Below, in pieces: positions 1 to 11,000 of a stretch of DNA of 64,000 bases. The notes under the pieces are model-generated. The model saw only the letters and a program-made list of their open reading frames with translations. It ran no database searches and had not been told where the DNA came from. The position numbers and the translations under genes are program-made. How positions within the stretch are numbered: position 1 is the first letter of the stretch; the number at the start of each line of letters is the position of its first letter. Source of the stretch: Oculina patagonica (taxonomy: Eukaryota); assembly GCF_052425735.1 (NCBI RefSeq), contig NC_135770.1:16678001-16742000 (forward strand), in the 5' to 3' direction.

Positions 1-78
1 CAGAAGTGCCAGGCAAGGTGACAATAGGCGAGTTTTGGCAAGATATAAGTTTTGAAAACAATCAAAGAAGGAAATATT

Positions 79-111
<33 letters not shown>

Positions 112-1076
112 GTGGGAGTTTACAACGGCGAGCCGATAGGAAAGCCATTGTAAACGCCCATACAGATCGGACGCGAATATTTTATCCTACTTGTGAAATG
201 AAAACAATAAATTGAATGCAAAGTATTGTTATGCGATTCGGTAATTGGACATGCATGCCTAAATGCTGTACGCCCCACAGGAGAGAGAGCGTATGAGACA
301 AAATAGAACTATTAATAATTTTCAGTTACTGCCAAACCGTGAGTAGGGCAACAGCTCGTTTTCGTCCTCCGAAAACTGAAGAGGAAGAAATTTTCTTACT
401 GTCTAAAACAGTACCTAAAAATACCACGTACAATACAAAATGGGCGGTAAACATTTTTACTGCCTAGCAAAATACGAGAATGAACAAAAAAGCGCAGTTG
501 GAAACAGTTGGACACAACGGACTTGAGTCAACTAATGTCGAGGACCTGTCAGTCCCACTCGAGCACATGTCCGCAAACAGTTTAAACTTCTGGCTCTGCA
601 AATTCATTTGTGAAGTAGCGAAGCAAACCGGGGAACGCTACCTTCCTAAGACGCTGTACCTACTTGTTTGCGGCATTAATCGCCATTTGGAAAATGTACA
701 GGGGGAAATGGCGTTTAATAATTATACTGGAGAAAAGTGATAAGAGGTAAAACGACATTCTTTGTAGCAATATTTCATCACATTTTGTGTTTATTTGTAT
801 GTTCCGTTTTAACCAGTATATTCTTTGTATTTTAAAGGTTCATGGTGTTTCGAAAAAATACTGATGGCGAAATGAAGGACGCCACCAGGAGCAGGCATTA
901 AAGACTGATTTCGGAAAAAGAGGAGATTACAGAGAGAGAGAAGAAACACTCCAGTGGGACATGGCTCTCGTAGCTAGGAACAATACAGCTGAGTCATTAT
1001 AAAATACAGCGTATTTTTATAATGGCAAGTTGTTCGGTCTACGGGCCGGTGAACATAGGTTGATTCGCTTGAGTAA

Positions 1077-1361
1077 TGGAGCAGTTTTTAATTGAGTGTC
1101 GTAAAACCAAAACCAAAGTAATTGCTCTCGCCAATCACAAAGGACACGGACAATCCCGTGAACCAATCAAAACTCGAAGCAAATACACTTAGCCGGCACG
1201 AAGCGCGGGAAAACGTGCGCGAGCGAGTCACGATTGGTTTTGGTTTTAGTTCTGCTTGGCTGAGAAAGTGGCGCGAGATTTTTAAGCCAATCACTAAGCG
1301 TAGTAATGCAAAACCAAAGCAAACGCAATTTACTTTCGACACTCAAGAGAAAACCGCTCTA
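1077..1361. mobile_element. MITE with imperfect TIRs, inserted at a TA in the Crypton coding region
   Basis: Left end GAGCAGTTTTTAATTGAGTGTCG matches the reverse complement of the right end CGACACTCAAGAGAAAACCGCTC. Removing it rejoins ...RLIRLSN / IVVKGNKIVFDEF in frame. Confidence 0.8.
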
Positions 1362-2001
1362 TTGTTGTCAAGGGAAACAAGATAGTTTTTGACGAGTTTA
1401 GAGGCAAAACGTACAATGGCGGCTAAAAAGATTTGAAAAATAAGCCACGCTATATTGAACACATTTGTCACGAGATCGGGGAAAGCCACAGCCCTTGCCT
1501 AGCTTTAATGTATACAGTTTACATCGAGAAAATTCGAAGTCATGCAGAATCCGTCGACAGCTTCTACTTTCGTCCCCACAGGGGCAGGAAATTTGAATGT
1601 GAGAAGAGTCCTGTTGGCTTATGCACTCTAAGCAAAATCCCTCGTGAAAAAACGTTGGGAAAGGCAGGGTTGCCTCACAAAACGGCACATTGTCTTCGTG
1701 TTACCTGTGCTACTCGATTGTTTCAGAATTCATTGGAAGAGAAATTGGCGAGGGAAAGAACAGGACACAGGTCCAATGCACTTTTCGGTTATCAAAAGGC
1801 TAGTGACAAACAGGTCCAAAATGTAATTAAGTAAACTTTTGGACCGGTCATGACTCACGCAAGTCGGCTCAAAGTGAAGCGACTGAGAAATGGAAAGAGT
1901 CGGAAACAACTACTCAAGTGCTCGAAGATTTACCAGACGTTGATTTTGATTTGCCTGATGATATTTTGGCTTTTATTCCAATGCCAGAAACTACAATAAG
2001 T

Positions 2002-2869
2002 AATATTATTATCTATTCAAAATATTTCTCTGTTTCTGATTGGCTTTCGATCCCCGGTTAATTCCAGCTAACCGGCTAGCGCCGACCAAATTTGGAAGAA
2101 GGACCAATTATACGACGATTGACGTCATTAAAATCGTCCAATATCAAAAATTAAAGGATCGCATCCTCGTTCCCAAGTATGATTAACCGATCGCAACCTC
2201 GTTTCCAAGAACCGCTGACGTCACGCAACTGAACGGCTTTGCTGCCGAGCAGGTTGAAAGCGCGAAAATGGCCGCTAGATTTGAGCATTACAAAGAGGTA
2301 AAATATTTAAGTTATTAGAAGACAAGGAAAGTCAAAACACGGAAAAGCAACGAAGGGAGTAGATCGATTTTGAAAGCGTAGCTTCAAGAGGAAAAAATCC
2401 CTGATCCAGCCACAGCGGAGGACTTGGAGCGGTTTTGCGAAAATTCTACGTCGAAGTAAGCAAGAACGATGGAAACATGTACTCGAAAACATCGCTTTGT
2501 GTCATCAGATTTAGCTTCAATAGACACTTCAAGCAAGTGCTAAATATCGACATTATAAAAGACAAGAAATTTAATGAAGGTAACCGAGTTTTTGAAGTTT
2601 AAATCAAATTAAGAAGCGAACGTTGTTGTGTATTTGTGTACTTTGCCTACTGTCAAAACCCTATTAAGTTCATTTTATGCATTTGGAGCTCTGGAAATAT
2701 TTTGAATGAATAATAAAACAAATATTGAATTCGGCTTTCGTATGATATGAAGAGTTATGCAGATCTCGGAGGGTGTTATCCGCCTCAGCCTTCGGCTTCG
2801 GCGGATAACACCCTCCTCGATCTGCATAATTCTTCATATTATACTCAGCCTCATCCAATAATTGCTAAA
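2002..2869 (+). mobile_element. Second, internally deleted Crypton-like element nested in the first
   Basis: Carries the remnant FYVEVSKNDGNMYSKTSLCVIRFSFNRHFKQVLNIDIIKDKKFNEGNRVFE (~2444-2597) and a hairpin at ~2757-2826. Removing it rejoins PETTISN / VNNICTNSVFNNCTINF. Confidence 0.7.
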
Positions 2870-3031
2870 TGTAAACAACATCTGTACAAATTCTGTGTTC
2901 AATAACTGTACAATTAATTTTGTAGTTAAAAAGTGAGTAGTTCACTTAATGTATTGATTGTTTGATATTTACACGATTGTTTAGAAAATACCCAGATTGT
3001 ATTAGTTGTTAAATGAAATTAAATTCTATGA

Positions 3032-3815
3032 CAAGATAAGATAAGATAAGATAAAAACTTTATTACCGTGTCTGTGTGTTTAGCCCTTATGGACTAATTG
3101 GGGACACAATTAAAATACCTAAAATACTATTAATAATGCTAAGCTAAAAATATTTAAAATACTTAACTAAAAACTAAAAAAAAAACTAATATTTACAATG
3201 TCTTAAAATGTCTTAAGCGCAACAGAGTTTGCAACAGTTACTATTGTTGTCCACGTAGTCCGATAGATTGAGTTTTCTAATTTTAGTTTTGAATGCAGCC
3301 ACAGTCGGCGAGTTTTTCAGGTCTTTGCTTAATTTTGACCATAGAAGTGGTCCAAGATATCTGATACAATGTTTCCCGTAGCGTTTAGTATCAAAACGCG
3401 GTAAGACAAAATCACTGTTTCTAAGCGAGTGTGTAGTGTCTTTGCGGACAAAAAGGGCAGAGACGTTGTCTGGCGCAAGCCCGTTCTTGACCTTGTACAT
3501 AAGCGTTGCTGTATCTTGTAAACGCCTATTATATAGTGTGGGTAAATCTGCCCGTCCCAAGAGTTCGTTATAGGTTTCGGGGTGGGATCTGAATATAACT
3601 CTTAATGCGCGTTCCTGAATTCTCTCAAGTTTCCTTTTGTCCGATGACTTACAAAACTGCCATGTTAGATGGCAGTATGTTAGGTGAGGTAAAATGAACG
3701 TCTTATACAGTAATAGCTTAGCCTTGCAAGGTATTAAATTGCGAAGACGAGAAAGTACTCCGACTTTCTGGCTGGCCTTAATGCATAGCACACGGATATG
3801 CTCGGTGAACTCAAG
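3032..3815 (-). mobile_element. 5'-truncated non-LTR retrotransposon (L2/CR1 group), C-terminal ORF2 fragment
   Basis: ORF 3213-3791 (LLLYKTFILPHLTYC, KLERIQERALR, GPLLWSKL) is typical of the post-RT region. The 3' end is AATAAA followed by a (TCTTA)n tail at ~3032-3064. Confidence 0.85.
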
Positions 3816-6800
3816 ATTATGTCAAAAAATATATCCAAAATATATCCAAAAAATATGTCCATTGTGTTTTTCATTTTAATCAGTAGAGATGTGTATCAAA
3901 AGTTAATGAATACTAATAAGCTGAGCAGGAATTTGTATCAAAAGTTAATTCTACTGTTTAATAATTCATCAGCCCCAGCCTTTCCCTGTTACCTATTCAA
4001 TCCCTCCCCATGCTTTCAGACAGTTGATTTGTATTGGGGTTTACAGTTGTGTACATGTACTGTGCTGGGATTGGTTTGCACCCTCATGAATAATTAATGA
4101 ATTTTACAAGCGTATTTATCAATTTCAGTTAATATTTATCTTTATAACAACCCGGCCATCGTTATAATAAGTTGATATTTTCTACTTATCCTTGTCAGTT
4201 TTGTTGCGACTTAGTTAACTGACAAGTCTTACAAGCCGAAGCTAGAAAACAGATATATCATACCTATTTACCGATTGTGCCTACATAAAAAAAAAAACAT
4301 GTTTAACCGCATAAGTAGAAATAAATAAGTGTGGAAAACGTTTCGTTTTGTAAGTGTGTTGAGTTTTGTAAGTGTGTTGGTTGAGTTTAAGTGAAAATGA
4401 TTGAACACTGTGCACGCTCGAGCTCTGATTAAAGGTGGCTGACCTTTAGTAGTTTAGACTCCTCTCGTCTTTGGCATTCTATTACAGTTTGCCCAATAGT
4501 GCTGCTGAAAAATATTTCCTGTAAACCGGTAAAGCTTTTATTAGTAAACAGAGTCCGATCCAAATTACGTCAAAATTTGTTGCCACGCAGCTATTTTAGC
4601 TATTGACAACTTATATTTGTTCATTACTTATTTGTTAATTTTAGTTTGTCTCGTGTCACGGTATTATGAACATCCGCGGCTCAGTGTCCAATACTCATAG
4701 TCAGCTCATAGACATACGTATTTTGTCTAAGCTGTCAGTATTGTTAATCGTTTTGCTTAGGTTTTCAGCTTTCAACAATGAGTGCCACTGTAGTGATGTT
4801 TGGGTATCTTTCTTTAGATTATATTTTAGTACCCGTTAAACCGACAAATTCCCATGTAAAAATGTTTCTTTGATCAAACTTCTTTTTCTTCTAAATTCAG
4901 GTAGTGTGGATAAGTTCAACTGACAAATTTCCATTGAAAATTCGAGATTCTTACCTTATTTTTTTAATGGTGGTACTATCTTGATTTGTTGGTGAAATGG
5001 TTAAATAAAAATGATCATTCATTGGCAAGGTGAATCTTGCCTACGCTCACAATAAACGGCTTTAAAGATCATATGTTACATAGTTGACCATAATAGTTTT
5101 TTCAACCCCTAAATAGTTATGAAAAGTTACATATATCGAACAAGTAGATTTATTATCCATTATCAAAAGTAAGTGAAGCGAGCAATCATAATTATATGCT
5201 TTGATGACAGCCAGAAATAAATAATCACCTGAAATTTAAGCGAATTTCCAGCTTTTGATAAGTGCCTAATGACAATAAAGTTTTAACATGTGAAAGGTGA
5301 ACGTAAGTTGAACTTATACGATGTTAATGTGATCAATCAAGTGTGCGATTTTAATGAAAAAGTAAAAAGCCAAAACAAGCTAGGAATAAAAATGTACAAC
5401 AAACAAATTAATTAAACTAATTAGAAGGTCGATGTTTTGTATCGATTATCTCCTGCAAAGCCATTTGTTGTTATCCTATCAGTGACAACAGACGTAAACA
5501 CATTTCATGCAAATGGATCTAAGCTTAGCAGGGTCACTACTTTCCGGGGATCATAAAACGTGTAAACAAAATCATGCAATCATGTCCTAATTAAAATCTA
5601 GGAGACTTTTATAAGCTTTCAGGGTTTGATAGCGGTGAACATTAAGAGTAGGTTCATTGTTGTTTCCTCTATAGATGCATTCTGGTAACTTAAAAACAAA
5701 CAGGTTGAAATGTTTTGAAAAGAATTTATAGGATCATGCTTTAACTACAGAACTATTTTTTAAGTTTGTAATAAATAATTTGTCTGGCTTGTGGGAAGTA
5801 AAGGCCAGCGAGCAGTTATAAGGGACTGTTCGGACTGCTCGGCCCAAAATTTTACCAGAGATCAACTTATTAAATAATTTTGTCTGCAAAACGGCTACAC
5901 AAATATGAAACAACAGCTTCTCAAAGTTTACCCCCCTTATTTCAACTGTATTTAAAAATACACGCCCTCCCCCTTTTTCATTGATTTTGAACATTTTACC
6001 TCTCACTCTATTAAAACACCCCTCACTTAGGCATAATAATTGACGGTCACATAAACTGGCGGGGGGGGCGGGGGGAGAATTTTAAAAAATATCCACTTTC
6101 GGGGAAAGTTAAATTTTCATATGCCTGAATCGGTTGAAAATCAACGCCCCACCCCCCCCCCCCCCTTCCCCACCAGCCATAAATAACGAACAGTCCCTAA
6201 AACAATACCTGCCGCGTTTTTTAAAAAAAAGTACAATATTATCAGTGCTGCATGTAAAACCTCACGAAGTATCTCTATTGAATACAAAGAACGAGCAGAA
6301 AGGTGAAAAGATGAAAAATAGGTGTTGGGAAAAACCCCGCTGAAACGATTTAAATAGCTTGTACACGTACACATTGCTACTGACTATTGCTCTCTCCGAA
6401 GGGCGGCTTTCTCAATACATTACCACAACTTTCGCTTTCGATCCGGAAATCGGTTCTTATAAGTAAATTCGATAAATTCGAAAGGAAATCCATCCCTTAC
6501 TTAATCAGTTAATTACGATTTTATATAGCACTATACCATAATACCCTGTGTTGAATGTTCTAGAATTCTACATTATGCTAAGGTCGCAATACCACAGTAG
6601 CCCCTGTGGCGAATGTAATTTTGTTTAATTTAACTTAATTTTGCTTACAGACTTTGTACTATTGCTTCGTCGATAATTATAATTATATAAGGCGGAAAGA
6701 GAATGGTCATTATGCAAACTAACAAACTGTATATGTACAGATGCAAAGACAGGCTCAATCTTTCCGCCTCAATTTAAAGGTTTGACTCGCCAAATACAAC

Positions 6801-7894
6801 ATGGCGTCAACTAGCGGCAAGAAAACTATTTTGGGAAGAAACAGCAATGGTGAGCATGTGCATCTCACGATTCTTCGACCCAAGATATGACGAGGCTACT
6901 ATAAATATTATCACTGATGGCAGTTATTTTAATAGTAATAATGATCTTATTAACGCATCGGAGAACGGATGGACATGGGTAGAACCCACTACTAATTGGG
7001 GTCACTTTAATATAAGAATCGTTTGTCAAACATTGTCAGTTCCGTGTATTCAGTTCCTTTCTGTTATACATATGCCTCCCCCCCCCCCCCCCCCCACTCA
7101 CGCCTCAGTCTACTTGTAATACTGTGTATTTAAGCTCGAGATCTGATCTGAATAATTATATTTCGAAAGTAGATTATAAAGCACACTAGGTTTCAAAGGG
7201 ATTTCCCTCCTTGCCTCGAGCTAGTATGTAATCTGTGTTATGATGTTTTCATTATAGACAATAGAATGTTTTAAACTCCTCGGAAGTAATAAGAACCCAC
7301 AGGAATAGAGAAACCACAACCACATGCGACCATAGCTAGACGAAAATAATTTCGTATTAATTATCTCAGTTATTTATTGTGCTGCAAGGCAACCAAAGTA
7401 ATTTGTACCCAAACATAGCATAGAATTAAGAACACGAATATCTATATTATGTAAATGTTTGATGTTATCGTTCACGGTTGAGAGGGTTTTAAATACAATA
7501 TAAATTTGGGTATTGTACTGAGCGTAGTTTTAGATTATCTAAGAGGGTACTTTCCCTATCAGCTTCAAACTTTTAATTTTATATCACAGCCAACCGGATC
7601 TTTTTGGGAACCAAGGTTAACTGGCAGGTTTAAATGGAACTTCTTAAAAGCCCTTTTCTATTAAGCGTTACGTCATCAGTACAATGACATACAGTGACAT
7701 TATTTGCATAATGTTTGAGCTACACTATACAAAACAAAAGCTTCTTATGCTTTGAAATAATTTCATTTACGTCATTTACCAAAACAGGAAGCCTGTACAT
7801 CTTAATTACGGAAAAGAAAGCTTCAGAACGCAGCCCGAGTCCAACAAGCCAAGTAGAACAGGTAGAAGTCGGGAAACTTAGCGAAGTGAAAGCA

Positions 7895-7984
7895 ATGGAG
7901 GTAAGGAGCAGTTTTTTTTTTTTGCCTGCATGCAATGTTTGTGGTGAATTTTGATTCCAGTTCGTTTCAGTTCAGAATTTAAAC

Positions 7985-8017
<33 letters not shown>

Positions 8018-11000
8018 AATACTTTATTAAATTAAATATACAGTTACAAGCACAGATATAGATACAGATACAGAAGTTTGAAGTACAATTACACTTTGAA
8101 AAAATACATAGTTACGGGTGCACTACAGTTACAATTTTTAATTTTGAAATACTACTACAATTACTCTGGAAACAGTTATGCTAAAAAAAAAAAATAATAA
8201 ATAAATAAATAAATAACAAAAAAATAACAAAAACAAAACAAAAAAAAAACAAAAAAAAAAAATTCAAAAAAAAAAATTAATTCAAAAAAAAGAACGAAAA
8301 ATGGCAGACGTTGCATACATTTACTTTAAATAAGTTTATCTAAAAAATTTTCCCATTTAACTAAATGGAGGTGCAATTTATTTTTCTGCTTAGCAATAAA
8401 TTCTTCTATTTTAATAGTTTTCCTTAGTAGAGCATGGAAGACATTCAAACTGGGATTAGTAGATCTCTTCCTACAAAGTACAATTGTTTGTTTTGCCACA
8501 AGAACTATGTGGTTTACAGCCATAAAATGTTCCTCGAGATCAGGCAAACCAAGTATAACATTGACTACTTCTGACAAATCAACACTAATTCCAGTGACAC
8601 ACTGTTGCAGCCAGTTGAAAATTTCATTCCAAAAGGCACTAGAATAAGAACATAATGCAAACAAATGTTCAGGGGTTTCTTCCTCCTCTCCACAAAAGGT
8701 GCACAAAGGCGACTCCACCAAGCCAAACTTACACAATTTAGAATTTGTAAATAAGATTCTATTAACCACTTTGTATTGAAATTCTCTTGTGTGCGCATCT
8801 AAAGCAACCTGGAAAGGCAAGCTGTATATTTTACTCCAATCACGCTTAGGGTCAGGGAACATTTCATCGAATTTCCTTTGTGCTGTTGGTTTTTCACAAA
8901 CCCTTGAGACCAGACTCCCATACAGTTTTTTGGAATTTACTTTTGATGTGGGTACTGAATTAATAGTTAAAGTGGATTCATTTGAATCCGAGTTCAAGAT
9001 ATAAGGACCTGTCATGGACTTAATAGCTTGTTTCCATTTAACTGGTATTGCATCGATTAGACCTTGCCACAAAAGAAAGTTTTTCATTTTAAGACCTTTG
9101 TTATGCAAATCATTCCATGTCAAAAATTTACATGTCCCATCCAGTTTAATCATGTCACCAATTTTGTTTATACCTATATCCATCAGTTCGCTAATAAAAC
9201 ATGATTTATTATTTATACAGATGTGTTTATTATTCCAAATTATTTCGTTTAAAATTTCATCACTTGTTTCAGGCATTGAACCATTTAATTTTGACCATAA
9301 GGTCAAACATTCGTTATAAAATGGGGGGATAGCAATTTTCAAAGAACTTGGATCAAAATTGCATGTTAAGAGGTATGGGCCTCCCACAGGCTGTAGAAAA
9401 AAGTTGAGAACATGTTTCCATTCGGCACCATCTTCCGGATCAGAGTACCGTTTCAAAAAGGATATCTTCTGTGCTTGAATAAGGGATTCTAAATGTATCA
9501 TTCTTAATCCACCGTTCTCAATATTATTAATCAAAGCACGTCTTTTCACTTTGTCTTTACCCTTCCAAATAAATTCGTAGATGATCGTATTCGCTCTCTT
9601 GATAACGTCATCTGGAAAAGGTAACTGCGACGCTCTATACAGGAATTTAGGGATAGCAAACGATTTTATAATTTGAATTCTTCCAAGAATGGTTAAATGT
9701 CTCCACTTCCACAGATTAAGAGTCTTTTTCAGCGAATCCAGGATTGAATCAAAATTTAATTTAACGGCTTGCTTCTTATCATATGAGAAAAAGATGCCAA
9801 GTATCTTTAAAGGTTTATCCATATTTTTAATACCGATATCAAGCTTTATGGACGAGTCGCCAAGATGGAGAGCCTCTAATTTACCGTTATTTACTTTAAG
9901 GCCCGAGCAGCATCCAAAATCTCGCAACATTTTTAAAAGATTTTCGAAAGATTGTTTATCTTTCAAGAAAGTCGTCAGATCATCAGCGAAAATGGTTAAC
10001 TTAATTTCTTCGTTATCTGAAAGTTTAAAGCCTTTAATATTTTTACTGCTTCTAATATTTATAGCAAGTATCTCGAGAGCAATAATGAAGAGGTACGGAG
10101 ACAAAGGGTCACCTTGCCTAACTCCTCGCTTGACGTCAAAATGAACGGAGGAGAAGCCGTTGTTTGTAACACAGCTTTTAATGTTACAATAAAATGTGCT
10201 TACCCACTTGATAAAAGATTCACCGAAATTGAAAGCCAGTAGGGCCTTATTTAAAAAAGCCCAGTCAAGAGAGTCAAACGCCTTCTCGAAATCGATCGCG
10301 ACAAGCAGTCCACTTAAGTCATTAACTTTGGTATAAGACATGATGTCATCAATAATTCTCGTGCTATCGGAGATCAGTCGGCCCTTGACATAGGCATTTT
10401 GATTCCTGTGTATTATGAAAGGCAAAATGCATTCCAATCTCTTCGCTAAAGCCTTAGACGCAATCTTGACATCGACATTTATTAAGGAGATAGGCCTCCA
10501 ATTTGCTATATACATCTTGTCCTTATCTTTCTTTTCAATTAATTTAATAATAGCCATTTTTTGTGACGTTGATAATTCTCCATGCTCATGCGCTGCATTC
10601 AAGCAGCCCACTACCAGATTCCCTATAACTGGCCAAAAAGCTTTGTAGAATTCGACTGTCAAGCCATCGTTTCCGGGTGCTTTACCATTTTGAAAACTCA
10701 GTAGCGAACGATAACATTCATTGAAAGTTAATTTCCCCTCACACTTCATCTGCATTTCCTTGTCTAGTTTTGGTATGTCATGGTTTCCTAAGAAGATTTT
10801 AGCACAGCCCTGATCAATATCCGCCCCGTTGTTTTGGTATAAGGTGGAATAGAAGGACTTTAGTTGGTTTAAAATAACAGCAGGTTCCGTAATGACATTT
10901 CCGTCGTCTTGTTTTATTTTCCTTATGCAGGATTTGTTATGATTAAAGTTTTCAAGTCGCAGAAAATAGCTGTTACTTTTCTCCCCTTTTTCATACCATC

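Larger units (their letters stand above)
326..2936 (+). pseudogene. Crypton tyrosine recombinase pseudogene
   Basis: ORF fragments 480-740 and 1433-1834 are pieces of one protein broken by stops (e.g. TAG at ~465, TAA after NGG at ~1424), frameshifts and insertions. Confidence 0.75.
78..4185 (+). mobile_element. Decayed Crypton-type (DUF3504 / tyrosine recombinase) DNA transposon, interrupted by three nested insertions; outer boundaries approximate
   Basis: Hand-joined frames give LNFWLCKFICEVAKQTGERYLPKTLYLLVCGINRHL, GKLFGLRAGEHRL, KTYNGG, HCLRVTCATRLF, ERTGHRSNALFGY (R...HxLR...H...Y catalytic set) and a C-terminal FNNCTINF. There is a GT-AG intron at ~747-838 and a subterminal hairpin at ~80-190. 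Confidence 0.75.

Noticed and set aside
1088-1385. Overlapping 84- and 87-aa ORFs on opposite strands
   Set aside because: Chance ORFs within a MITE.
2140-2225. CRE-like TGACGTCA sites (also ~52550)
   Set aside because: Short motifs located inside repeats, with no evidence of function.
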